Below, piece by piece: positions 1 through 9,412 of a stretch of 64,000 nt of DNA. The stretch comes from an uncultured Verrucomicrobiota bacterium (lineage in GTDB: Bacteria > Verrucomicrobiota > Kiritimatiellia > JAAZAB01): NCBI GenBank assembly GCA_964475165.1, contig CAYYVN010000007.1:44178-108177 (forward strand), given 5' to 3'. A program made the translations under genes and the position numbers. Under the pieces are notes generated by a model. The model had not been told where the DNA came from. It saw only the letters and a program-made list of their open reading frames with translations, and made no database searches. How positions within the stretch are numbered: position 1 is the stretch's first letter; every line of letters begins with the position of its first letter.

Positions 1-235
<235 letters not shown>

Positions 236-255
236 TTATTTATGCTTTTGCGCTA

Positions 256-1374
256 ATGCCAACGGAATCTAAGATTTTACAAGCAGTCGGGGAACAGTTC
301 CTGGTGGAGGGCCTCTGGCAAAAAGCCATACCCTATGGCACCGGGCATATCAACGATACCTATCGCGTCCGCTGGCAAAAGGCTGACCAACCCTTCCACA
401 CCATCCTGCAGCGCATCAACCATCGTATCTTCAAGAATCCCGCGCTTTTAATGGATAATATTCAGCGCGTCTCAGCGCATCTGCATGCCCAAAACAATCG
501 GCCCGGCAATAACCGCTATGGCCAGCATGTCCTCACCATCATCCCCGCCCGCAATCAAAAACCCTTTTATGAGGATGCCGCCGGCAATTTCTGGCGGATG
601 TACGTCTATGTCCGCGATGCCCTGACGCTGGAGGTATGCACCTGCCCCGAGCAAGCCTATGAGGCCGCTAAAGCCTTCGGTGAATTTCAGGCGCGCCTGG
701 CCGATCTGCCCAACGGGCGCCTGCACGAAACCATCCCCGACTTTCACCATACGCCCCGCCGCCTGCAAGCGCTCGAACAAGCCGTGCAGGATGATCCCTT
801 GCGCCGCCGGGAGGCCGTCCAGCCGGAAATAGATTTCTGCCGCGAACGCCAACCATTGACCAGCCTGATCACCGACCTGCTCGCGTCGGGCCAGATGCCG
901 GAGCGCGTCACCCATAATGATACCAAGCTCAATAATGTGATGATCGATGCCCGCACCGGCCGGGGCCTATGCGTGATCGATCTGGATACCGTTATGTCCG
1001 GCTGCGCCCTCTATGACTTCGGCGATATGGTGCGCACCATGCCGCGCACCGCCGCCGAAGATGAACCGGATCTGGATAAAGTGAGCCTGGATCTCAGTTT
1101 TTTTGAGGCTCTGACGCGCGGCTATCTCGAAGCTACCCACGCTTTCCTCCAGCCCGTCGAACGCGAACACCTGGTGGCCGCCGGCCGCTTGATAACCCTG
1201 ACCATCGGCATCCGTTTCCTCACCGATTACCTGCGCGGCGATGTTTATTTCAAAACGCACCGGCCCCATCATAATCTGGACCGCGCCCGGGTGCAGTTCA
1301 AGATGGTTCAGAGCATGGAACAACAAAATACCGCCATGCAAGCCATCGTGCGCCGCTATGCCCAGCCGCAATAA
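256..1374 (+). CDS. APH-fold (aminoglycoside phosphotransferase family) sugar anomeric kinase, NahK/AmgK-like; possibly N-acetylhexosamine 1-kinase
   Basis: Contains YGTGHINDTYRV near the N-terminus, the catalytic loop HNDTKLNNVMID, and VIDLDTVMSGCALYDFGDM (APH Brenner/DFG-like motifs). I prefer the ATG at 256 (MPTESK...) over the TTG at 217. The overall pattern resembles NahK-type kinases. Amino-sugar genes (GlmU-like, glmM, ROK) lie nearby. Confidence 0.5.
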   Translation: MPTESKILQAVGEQFLVEGLWQKAIPYGTGHINDTYRVRWQKADQPFHTILQRINHRIFKNPALLMDNIQRVSAHLHAQNNRPGNNRYGQHVLTIIPARNQKPFYEDAAGNFWRMYVYVRDALTLEVCTCPEQAYEAAKAFGEFQARLADLPNGRLHETIPDFHHTPRRLQALEQAVQDDPLRRREAVQPEIDFCRERQPLTSLITDLLASGQMPERVTHNDTKLNNVMIDARTGRGLCVIDLDTVMSGCALYDFGDMVRTMPRTAAEDEPDLDKVSLDLSFFEALTRGYLEATHAFLQPVEREHLVAAGRLITLTIGIRFLTDYLRGDVYFKTHRPHHNLDRARVQFKMVQSMEQQNTAMQAIVRRYAQPQ

Positions 1375-1409
1375 ACCCGCCGGCCACGCCAGCGCGCCCC
1401 GGATCTTGT

Positions 1410-1438
1410 TTGCCAAGCGCCAGCTCCCGCTCTATAAT
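1410..1438 (+). promoter_or_regulatory. Sigma70-like promoter for the Dna2-like gene: TTGCCA, 17-nt spacer, TATAAT
   Basis: TTGCCA at 1410-1415, a 17-nt spacer, and a perfect TATAAT at 1433-1438. It lies about 70 nt upstream of the ATG at 1511, which has a GGAG Shine-Dalgarno about 9 nt upstream. Confidence 0.45.
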
Positions 1439-1510
1439 CGCAGCCAAAAGCGGTCTGGTTCGGCCATCCCTGCGCTCCTTAACGCCACTCTGACCGCCGG
1501 AGCTTATTTT

Positions 1511-4500
1511 ATGCACCCGGAAACAATCGCACAATGGGATCGCCTCCTGAACGAAATTCTCTGCCGGGAACTTGCGAAGTGGCTCGAACCCAAACTGCTG
1601 CAGATCCATGGTCAAAGCGCCTGGTGGTCGCAAGGCGTCCTGCGCATGCTGAGCCAGGCCCAACAAGCCCGGATGCCCGGCAGCGCCCGAGGCGCTTTAC
1701 ACGAACTGGATCTGGAAAGCCTGCTGCAGGTCACTGCCAGGAACTTCAAAAAAATGGCAGAGCAATGCGGCGTCCCCCAAGATTTAAAAATACCCCTGGC
1801 CAAAGCACGCTTAGCCCAGCATGCCTTCGCCCGGCGGAAAGGCGCCCCCAGAGCAGCTCCCGAGGAGCAGCTGCGCCAGGCCCTGAACATACAAGCCCTG
1901 CTCCGCCTGATGCAGGCCGCCCAGAGCGCCCTCAACGCCGCCGATAAGCTCATCCAAGATATCGGGCGAGCCCGAATCGCCCCGGAAAAGCAAGCTGCCG
2001 CTCAGCTTGCGCAGCCGCCGCCTGAGCCGGTCGGGCCCGCACAGGCTCTCAGCGCCCCAAAGCCGGCCAGCCAGCCGGCTGACTGGATTACGCCCACTGA
2101 AACGACGCTGGAGCCAGCGAGGGCGGATGCGCTGCCCGATGGATTACAGGCCGGGCTGCTGGCAGAATTACATGCCTGCCGCCAAACCGAGCCGGGCACA
2201 TGGATCATGGAGCTGAGGCTGGCCCAAGAACAGGAACCCCGCCGGCTACCCATTCCGGCATACTTCTCGGCCAGCGCTCAAGCCGCCGCCGATATCATGG
2301 CGGCCGTGGCCGACCGCGCGGAACCGCCACCCATCTATATCAAGCTAATCAATATCGGCTGCCAGGCTGGGCAGTTAGCCTTCCCGGCCGATCCGCACTC
2401 TCAGGGCTCTCGCTACCCGCTCCTTGTGGTGCAGCCATTTTATCTGATCAATGTTACGGCCCTGACGCATTTTGATTTCTGCCCGCGCAACTATCTCCTG
2501 GAACGCTACTCCTTTAAAGAATCCAACGCGGGCATGCTGCGCGGGGTCCTGCTGCATAATATCTTCGCTTGTATGCTTCGTCAGCCTGGCGATCAAAACG
2601 CCTGGCGGCGCCAGTGCCATCTGGAGTTGGATCAACAACTACCCGATTTAACCATGCAGCAGATCAAGCCGCGCGAGCTCTACACTGCTGCCCGCGGACA
2701 CTTGAATGCCTTAACGCAAATCGATCAGATGCTCGCGCCACGCACATACGCGCAAATCTTCAGCGAACGCTATATGCTCAACCCCGATCTGGGTCTGCAG
2801 GGTAAAATTGATGCCCTGGTGCAAAAACAAAATGGTCACTGGCAAGCGCTCGAGCTCAAGACCGGCAAGTCCTGGGGCCACAAAGCCAATAGCGGCCATG
2901 CCTTTCAAGTGAGCGCCTATCACTTGATGCTGTGGCATGCGGGCCTCGAGCCGCTGGACCCACCCGCCGTGCTCTATACCGGCAATCAAGCCGCCCGAAT
3001 GCACAATCAGGAAAAGCTGCTGCCCAGCCATAGCATGCAAAAGCTGGTCCCCTTCGATGCCGCCACGGCCATCAATCTGCTGAATATACGCAATGAGTTG
3101 GTGCGCATCGACTATGCCGGCCGGCTGGCCTTTAACGCGAATCCGCGCAAATGCCAGGGTTGTGGCAAGCATACAAAATCCAAGCAGGTGCAATGCGTTA
3201 CCTTGCATAAACTGGGCTTGGATGGCGGAACGCCCCCGGCCAAGGAACTCCAACAGCTGGTCAAGACCGTGCGGGTCAGCGCTCAGATACGCCAAGGCTT
3301 CCAAGCCATGCATCAGGCCTTGCTGCAGGAGTTGCAGGCCATACGCACCACCCAGGGGCAAGCCATGCAGGAGAGCAGCGCTCAGCGGATCGCCGCGGGC
3401 ATCTGTTTGAAAGTGCAACCAGATTCCAGCCCGCCCTCCAATGGTTGCCTCAGGCTCAAACTAGAAAATAATCGCTCGGAATTCCGCGAGGGAGAACCTT
3501 GCCTGCTCAGCGATGCTGAGGGGCCGGTCAAGGGCAATTGTGTGGGCGGCTTTATCCGCGCCATCAGCGCCACCCACGCCGAGATCTCTCTGCCAGCCGG
3601 GGTCCAAGCCCTGTGGTTTACGCCCCTCTATCTCGACCGCCATTTAGCCGACGCCACTTTCGAGAAGAACTTCGCCGGCGCCTATGCGCTTTGGATAGCA
3701 CCCAGCGCCGATACCGAAGGCCAGAAGGAAGATACCTTGCAGCCGATCCGGCAGTTCCTCAGCGGCCGCGCCGCCTTCCGCCCCAACCTCTCAGCGCCCA
3801 CCATAGACCTGGCCGGCATCAATCCCCGGCCTTTAGCCGCGCAACGCAAGGCGCTGGGCCTGGCGCTGGGCTTGCAAGATATATTGCTGGTCCAAGGCCC
3901 GCCGGGTACCGGCAAGACCTATACCCTGGCTTTGATGGTTAAAGCCCTGGCGCAGCAAGGCCGCAAGATAGCCATTGCCACCTATACGCATCGGGCGGCG
4001 GATGAAGTGATCAATAAACTGAGCCGGCTGGCGCCGGAGCTGGAGCTGCGCAAGCTGGGCCGCCCTGAGTCTATGGCCGCCCAACACGCTGATAAATGCT
4101 TAACTAACATACTGCGCCGGCCGCAACCCATCCAGCCCCTGGAACATACCGAGGGCATGCTCGCTGATCTGGAGACCCGCCAACGGGAGTTGGAAAATCT
4201 CCTGCGCGCCCCGGCGGTTTATATCGGAACAACCCATGCCTGGTTCGATAACACCCTGCAGCAGTTGCCCCTGATGCTGTCGACCAATCAAGCGCCGTAT
4301 TTTGATGTGGTGGTGGTGGATGAAGCCAACCAGATCATCACCCCCAACCTCGCCGGCGTGCTCCGTTTGGCAAAACGCTGGGTGCTCGTGGGCGATCATC
4401 GGCAGCTGTCTCCCATTGTTTCCGGCGATAGCACCCAGCAGCTGAGGCTGACTCTCTTTCAGGCCCTGGCCGAGCAGCCCCAGCCCGGCTTGATCGTGCA

Positions 4501-5146
4501 GCTGGATGAGCAGCATCGGATGCCACCGGTTTTAGCCGATTATATCAGCCAGACCTTCTATGCCGGCCGGCTCCGGACAGCCGCATCTCTCAGCCAGCGC
4601 GCGCCGCTCCCCGCTCATACCCAGCCTCTGCTTTCCACGGCGCACGCTATTGCTCTGATCGATATCGCCTCCACCATGGCAAGCAATCATTCCAAGCGCT
4701 TCCCGGCTGAGGCGCATTGGATCGTGCAGACCATCCAAGAGCTGCAGCGCGATAACTGGCCACTCTGCGCGCCCAACGGCAAACCCACCCTGGGGGTCAT
4801 CGCCCCCTATCGAGCCCAGGTTGCCCTTTTAAGACGGCTCCTGGAAAGGGCCTGCGCCGGCATCGTCGGCCCTGGGTTCTGGCATGATGTCGTCGATACC
4901 GTGGACCGTTTTCAGGGTGATGAGCGCGATATCATCCTCTTCTCGCTCTGCTTATGGCCGGGAGCCGATAGCGTGGGACGGATTTATGAGGATGAACGCC
5001 GGATCAATGTCGCGCTTTCGCGCGCTAAAAGAAAACTCTGGGTCGTGGGTTCTCTGGCCGCCATGGAGCGCATTCCCGCCCTGCAGGCTTTGGGGCGGCA
5101 TGTGCGCGCGCACCCTCGGGAAGGCCTGCTATTGGAAGCGGAATGA
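1511..5146 (+). CDS. Dna2-like nuclease-helicase: N-terminal unassigned alpha-helical and A/Q/P-rich region, Cas4/RecB-type PD-(D/E)xK nuclease with Fe-S cysteines, and a C-terminal SF1B (DNA2/NAM7/Upf1-like) helicase
   Basis: Nuclease motifs: FDFCPRNYLLERY (Cas4-type N-terminal Cys), IDALV, ALELKTGKS (E-x-K), QVSAYHLM (QxxxY), and CQGCGKHTKSKQVQC (three further Cys, giving an Fe-S cluster). Helicase motifs: LLVQGPPGTGKT (Walker A), VVVVDEANQI, LVGDHRQLSPIV, VDRFQGDERDIILFSL, INVALSRAKRKL. The track ORF starts at 1241 and overlaps the upstream gene; the biological start is most likely the ATG at 1511. Confidence 0.7.
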   Translation: MHPETIAQWDRLLNEILCRELAKWLEPKLLQIHGQSAWWSQGVLRMLSQAQQARMPGSARGALHELDLESLLQVTARNFKKMAEQCGVPQDLKIPLAKARLAQHAFARRKGAPRAAPEEQLRQALNIQALLRLMQAAQSALNAADKLIQDIGRARIAPEKQAAAQLAQPPPEPVGPAQALSAPKPASQPADWITPTETTLEPARADALPDGLQAGLLAELHACRQTEPGTWIMELRLAQEQEPRRLPIPAYFSASAQAAADIMAAVADRAEPPPIYIKLINIGCQAGQLAFPADPHSQGSRYPLLVVQPFYLINVTALTHFDFCPRNYLLERYSFKESNAGMLRGVLLHNIFACMLRQPGDQNAWRRQCHLELDQQLPDLTMQQIKPRELYTAARGHLNALTQIDQMLAPRTYAQIFSERYMLNPDLGLQGKIDALVQKQNGHWQALELKTGKSWGHKANSGHAFQVSAYHLMLWHAGLEPLDPPAVLYTGNQAARMHNQEKLLPSHSMQKLVPFDAATAINLLNIRNELVRIDYAGRLAFNANPRKCQGCGKHTKSKQVQCVTLHKLGLDGGTPPAKELQQLVKTVRVSAQIRQGFQAMHQALLQELQAIRTTQGQAMQESSAQRIAAGICLKVQPDSSPPSNGCLRLKLENNRSEFREGEPCLLSDAEGPVKGNCVGGFIRAISATHAEISLPAGVQALWFTPLYLDRHLADATFEKNFAGAYALWIAPSADTEGQKEDTLQPIRQFLSGRAAFRPNLSAPTIDLAGINPRPLAAQRKALGLALGLQDILLVQGPPGTGKTYTLALMVKALAQQGRKIAIATYTHRAADEVINKLSRLAPELELRKLGRPESMAAQHADKCLTNILRRPQPIQPLEHTEGMLADLETRQRELENLLRAPAVYIGTTHAWFDNTLQQLPLMLSTNQAPYFDVVVVDEANQIITPNLAGVLRLAKRWVLVGDHRQLSPIVSGDSTQQLRLTLFQALAEQPQPGLIVQLDEQHRMPPVLADYISQTFYAGRLRTAASLSQRAPLPAHTQPLLSTAHAIALIDIASTMASNHSKRFPAEAHWIVQTIQELQRDNWPLCAPNGKPTLGVIAPYRAQVALLRRLLERACAGIVGPGFWHDVVDTVDRFQGDERDIILFSLCLWPGADSVGRIYEDERRINVALSRAKRKLWVVGSLAAMERIPALQALGRHVRAHPREGLLLEAE

Positions 5147-5204
5147 ACCGGCATTCCACGCTTGCTTTCGGCCCTGCGATGCTCGATACTTTTGGGAATC
5201 ATAG

Positions 5205-6452
5205 GTGAAAAACTCCATGCTCGCAGACAACAATTCCTTAGTGCATACCCTGCTGCAACAAGGCGTGCAAATGCCTAATCCGGCATCGGTGACCATCGAT
5301 CCGGCGCTCGATCCTGAACGGATTGCGGCTGGTGCCCTGATCCATGGCGGCTGCCGGATTATGGGCGAGCGCACTTCCATCGGCCCGGGCTGTATCCTGG
5401 GCAGGGAAGCGCCGGTCACCCTGGACAACTGTCAGCTGGGGGCGCGGGTGAACCTGGCCGGAGGCTATTTTTCGGAAGCCACCTTTCTCAACCGCGCCAG
5501 CCTGGGCAGTGGCGCGCATGTGCGCGCGGGCACGCTCTGCGAGGAGGAATCATCCACCGCCCATGCCGTGGGCCTCAAGCAGACGATCCTTTTTCCCCAT
5601 GTTGCCCTGGGCAGCCTGATCAATTTCTGCGATGTCCTGGTGGCCGGCGGCACCAGCCGCCAAAACCATAGCGAGATCGGCTCGGCCTATGTGCATTTCA
5701 ATTACACACCACACCAGGATAAAGCCACCGCCTCGCTGCTGGGCGATGTGCCCCATGGTGTGATGCTGGATCAGCCACCGATCTTTCTGGGCGGCCAGGG
5801 CGGTTTGGTGGGGCCGGCCCAAGTGGCCTTTGGCGCCATCGTGGCGGCCGGCACGATCGTGCGCCAGGATATCTCCCAGGCCGGATTATTCTCTCCGCCG
5901 CCCAAGCCCCAGCCCCCGCCGCTGCCCTATCAACCCGGGGTGTATCATGCCATCAACCGGATCATCAGTAATAACCTCGCTTATATCGGCAACCTCTACG
6001 CCCTGCGCGCCTGGTATCAGCAGGTGCGCGCCCTTTTCCTTAATGGCGATAGTTTTCAAAGCGCCTGCCTCCAGGGCGCCCTGGAACGCCTCGCCAGCAT
6101 TCTGCAGGAGCGCCAGCAACGCCTGCAGCAATTCGCCGAGAAAATACCCCAGTCTCTCAAACTGGTCCAAGCCACCGCTGACGCCAGCAAGCTCAACGCG
6201 CAGCCCTTCATCCAACAACAAAAACTCATCGAACGCTGGCCGTTGATCAAAGAACAATTGGCGCAACTGCCGGAAACCGCCGGGCACATCGCCCAACGCG
6301 ATCAATTGCTGGCGGCCCTGGCCAAGATTCCCGCAAACACCGATTACCTGAATGCCATCAAAAGCCTGGAGCCGGCGGCGCGCGCGGCTGGCACCAGCTG
6401 GTTACAATCGATCGTGGAGGCCGCCACTGGCCTGTGGAACAAGGTGCTCTAA
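5205..6452 (+). CDS. Left-handed beta-helix (hexapeptide-repeat) protein resembling the GlmU C-terminal acetyltransferase domain, with a roughly 190-aa C-terminal alpha-helical extension; GTG start
   Basis: Hexapeptide repeats run through residues about 40-230. The segment SEIGSAYVHFNYTPHQDKATASLLGDVPHGVMLDQPPIFLGGQGGLVGPAQVAFGAIVAAGTIVRQ parallels the GlmU LbH active-site region (GAGTITCNYDGANK...GATIAAGTTV). There is no N-terminal nucleotidyltransferase domain. The stop overlaps the glmM upstream region. Confidence 0.5.
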   Translation: MKNSMLADNNSLVHTLLQQGVQMPNPASVTIDPALDPERIAAGALIHGGCRIMGERTSIGPGCILGREAPVTLDNCQLGARVNLAGGYFSEATFLNRASLGSGAHVRAGTLCEEESSTAHAVGLKQTILFPHVALGSLINFCDVLVAGGTSRQNHSEIGSAYVHFNYTPHQDKATASLLGDVPHGVMLDQPPIFLGGQGGLVGPAQVAFGAIVAAGTIVRQDISQAGLFSPPPKPQPPPLPYQPGVYHAINRIISNNLAYIGNLYALRAWYQQVRALFLNGDSFQSACLQGALERLASILQERQQRLQQFAEKIPQSLKLVQATADASKLNAQPFIQQQKLIERWPLIKEQLAQLPETAGHIAQRDQLLAALAKIPANTDYLNAIKSLEPAARAAGTSWLQSIVEAATGLWNKVL

Positions 6453-6469
6453 ACGGGAGTAAGCAGCGC

Positions 6470-7819
6470 ATGGCAAAATTATTTGGCACCGACGGCGTAC
6501 GCGGCATCGCCAATGTGGCCCCCATGACAGCTGAAATGGCGCTGGCGATCGGGCGCGCCGTGGCCCATATCAGCAAGCAGCATAATCATCGGCGGCGGAT
6601 CGTGATCGGCAAGGATACGCGGCTCAGCGGATATATGATCGAAACAGCCCTGACCGCCGGCATCTGTTCCATGGGCGTAGATGTGTTGCTGGTCGGCCCG
6701 ATGCCCACCCCCGGGATCGCCTTCATCACGCGCAGCATGCGCGCCGATGCTGGCATGGTCATCTCCGCCTCTCATAACCCCTACCAGGATAACGGCATCA
6801 AGATCTTCTCCCGGGATGGCTTCAAGATTCATGATGAAATCGAAGCCGAGATCGAACGCCTGGTCACCACCCATAAAATCAAGGGTATCCGCCCCGCCGC
6901 CTCCGAAATCGGCAAAGCCGCCCGCATCGAGGATGCCATCGGGCGCTACATCATTTTCTGCAAAAATACCTTTCCCGATGACAGCACTCTGGAAGGCCTG
7001 AAAATCGTGCTGGATTGCGCCAACGGCGCCACCTACAAGGTTGCTCCGATCATCTTCAGCGAGCTGGGCGCCGAGATCACCCCCATTCATGATCAGCCCA
7101 ATGGCATGAATATCAACGATAATTGCGGCGCCCTCTACCCCACTGATCTGATCGGTAAGGTGCTCGAGACCAAAGCCGATCTGGGCCTGGCCTTCGATGG
7201 CGATGGCGATCGCTTGATCGCCGTTGATGAACAGGGCAACCTGCTGACCGGTGATCATATCATCGCCATCTGCGCCAAAGCCATGCAGGCGCGCGGTCAG
7301 TTATTGAACAACCTGGTCGTCGCCACGGCCATGAGCAACTATGGCTTCCATGAGACGATGCGCAAGCTCGGCATTCAGGTATGCGAGGCGGAGGTGGGCG
7401 ACCGCTACGTATTGCAAATGATGCATGCCCAAGGCGCCGTGCTGGGCGGCGAGGATTCCGGTCATATCATCTTTCGTAATCTGCACACCACCGGCGACGG
7501 CATCATCTCGGCCCTGCAACTCTTGGCCATCCTGCAGGGATCCGGCCAGAAACTTTCCGAGCTGGCCAGCATCATCCGCCGGGCGCCACAAGTGCTGATC
7601 AATGTCGCCGTCGCCGCCAAGCCATCCCTGACGGAGCTGGCGCCCCTGCAAGAGGCCATCCGCAAAGCCGAAGCGGAATTGGCGGAATGCGGACGGGTGC
7701 TGGTGCGCTATTCGGGCACGCAAGCGATCTGTCGCGTGATGGTCGAAAGCCCCACCGCGGAACTGACCCAGCGGCTGGCCGCTGAATTGGCCGCCATCGT
7801 CAAGCAACAGCTCGCCTGA
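6470..7819 (+). CDS. glmM: Phosphoglucosamine mutase
   Basis: MAKLFGTDGVRGIANV at the N-terminus and the active-site Ser motif SASHNPYQDNGIKIF, in a roughly 450-aa phosphohexomutase architecture. A GGGAG Shine-Dalgarno precedes the ATG at 6470. Confidence 0.9.
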   Translation: MAKLFGTDGVRGIANVAPMTAEMALAIGRAVAHISKQHNHRRRIVIGKDTRLSGYMIETALTAGICSMGVDVLLVGPMPTPGIAFITRSMRADAGMVISASHNPYQDNGIKIFSRDGFKIHDEIEAEIERLVTTHKIKGIRPAASEIGKAARIEDAIGRYIIFCKNTFPDDSTLEGLKIVLDCANGATYKVAPIIFSELGAEITPIHDQPNGMNINDNCGALYPTDLIGKVLETKADLGLAFDGDGDRLIAVDEQGNLLTGDHIIAICAKAMQARGQLLNNLVVATAMSNYGFHETMRKLGIQVCEAEVGDRYVLQMMHAQGAVLGGEDSGHIIFRNLHTTGDGIISALQLLAILQGSGQKLSELASIIRRAPQVLINVAVAAKPSLTELAPLQEAIRKAEAELAECGRVLVRYSGTQAICRVMVESPTAELTQRLAAELAAIVKQQLA

Positions 7820-7847
7820 CCCGGGCCAGCCGTAAAGGCCGATTTTT

Positions 7848-9251
7848 TCAACGCGAGATTTCCGGCAGACTGGCCGCGGCGATGGATTGCCCCACACGCC
7901 GACTGGCCTCATCCGGCACAGCCAGCTTAAGCTTTTGAGCCAACTCAGGAAATTCACGCTGCAAGACGGCCTGCGCCTGGGCGATGATCGTATCCCCGCC
8001 CTTGCCAGACATCACCCGCCCCAGTAAGAGCAGATGGTCCATAGCATAAAACTCGACATAATGCGCCACCGCATAGCCCAGATAAATACCGATGGTTTCA
8101 AAGATCGCCTGGGCGCGCCGGTCGCCGGCGGCCATCAGCTCCTGCACATCCTTCAAGCGCTCCGCCAGCGTTTTGCCTTCACCCAGCTTGAGCCCCGCCT
8201 TGGGCGCCAAGCGATTCACGGCCATCTGCGAAAAATAACTGGCGCCCACGCCACGATCTCCCGACCATTCATCCTGGGCCGCCTGGACCTGATAATCCAC
8301 CGGCGCGAAAGCCAGCTCATCGAGCCAGCCCATCACATTGCCCCCGCCATCCACATAACCGCCGGCGAGGCTGGACCCCATGGCAATCCCCAGGATACGA
8401 TTGACGCCCAACGACATCGAGCCGGCCAGGGCCGTCACTTCACCATCATTGATCACTTCAAAGGGGATATTGTTCCAGGCCTGCTGCAGTTCCTTGAATA
8501 AGCCGCGCACACGCTTATCAAAAAGATCCCGGGATACGCCCCGAAAGAGCGAAGCCACCCGTACGCTGTTGTTCACATAAATACCCGCCGCCGAACCGCC
8601 AATGGCATCCACCCGCGGTAAATGCGCCGCCGCCTTTTTCAAGGCGGCCATGATCTCATCGTAATGATATTGAGGATCGGCCTGCTCGCGCGGATGCCAG
8701 ACCACTTCCTCGCTGAAGACGGCCTGGCCATCCTGCACCGCCGAAACCTTGCGATCGCTGGCCCCCAGGTCAAAGCCGATCCGGCAACCATCCAAATGCC
8801 GCCCCAACGCTTTCACCAATAAGCGCTCCGCGGGCACTTGATCATAAGCGCAGACTTCCACCTGGAAAGGCCTGCCATAAACCTCGCTCATCAACTTAAC
8901 ATCAAAAGCGCGCGCGCCATCCGCCGCATAGACGCTCCGGATATGCTCGCCAACCGCGGATGGCCCGCCGATCACCAGGCGCCAGCCGCCTCTTTGCCAC
9001 AGCAGAAACTTGATGATCCGTTCCACAAGGGCCAGATTGGAATCGAAACGCTGATCCTGCTGATTGAAAACTGTGGTCTGAAAACGGGAGATGGCGCCAT
9101 CGGCCGACTCCAGCGCAATGGCCAGCGGCGCACTCTGGCCGGAAGCTTCCACCGCCGCGCGAAACTTGCGCTGAGCCAATACTGCCGGCCGGAAATCGGG
9201 ATCCAATGGCGGCACCATTTGCGGCGCCTGCAAATACCATGCTTGGGTCAT
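7848..9251 (-). CDS. ROK / BadF-BadG-BcrA-BcrD-type ATPase-fold sugar kinase-like protein, with an N-terminal extension
   Basis: Contains RIGFDLGASDRKVSAV (phosphate-1 DxGxT-like), VINDGEVTALAG and LGIAMGSSLAGGYVDGGGN (ROK/glucokinase glycine-rich motifs). I prefer the start at MTQAWYL (9251), which has an AAGGAAAGG Shine-Dalgarno. Confidence 0.5.
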   Translation of the reverse strand: MTQAWYLQAPQMVPPLDPDFRPAVLAQRKFRAAVEASGQSAPLAIALESADGAISRFQTTVFNQQDQRFDSNLALVERIIKFLLWQRGGWRLVIGGPSAVGEHIRSVYAADGARAFDVKLMSEVYGRPFQVEVCAYDQVPAERLLVKALGRHLDGCRIGFDLGASDRKVSAVQDGQAVFSEEVVWHPREQADPQYHYDEIMAALKKAAAHLPRVDAIGGSAAGIYVNNSVRVASLFRGVSRDLFDKRVRGLFKELQQAWNNIPFEVINDGEVTALAGSMSLGVNRILGIAMGSSLAGGYVDGGGNVMGWLDELAFAPVDYQVQAAQDEWSGDRGVGASYFSQMAVNRLAPKAGLKLGEGKTLAERLKDVQELMAAGDRRAQAIFETIGIYLGYAVAHYVEFYAMDHLLLLGRVMSGKGGDTIIAQAQAVLQREFPELAQKLKLAVPDEASRRVGQSIAAASLPEISR

Positions 9252-9412
9252 TGCTCTGCCTTTCCTTTGAAGGGTCTGGGTTGCTGTTGTTCCGCGGCGG
9301 CGGAGGCGCAAAACGGTTCGAACCTCTTGCGCCCTCGACGTCCCAGCGCTTTATAGGCCAGCGGGCACGAAGAAGTCAAGCTTTTTCCGGCGCCAGCGCC
9401 GCAAGGGATGCC

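Noticed and set aside
1241-1510. The 5' extension of the helicase ORF that overlaps the kinase gene
   Set aside because: The frame is open upstream of the real start. An ATG with a Shine-Dalgarno at 1511 follows a strong promoter at 1410-1438, and the extension would overlap the upstream CDS by 130 nt.
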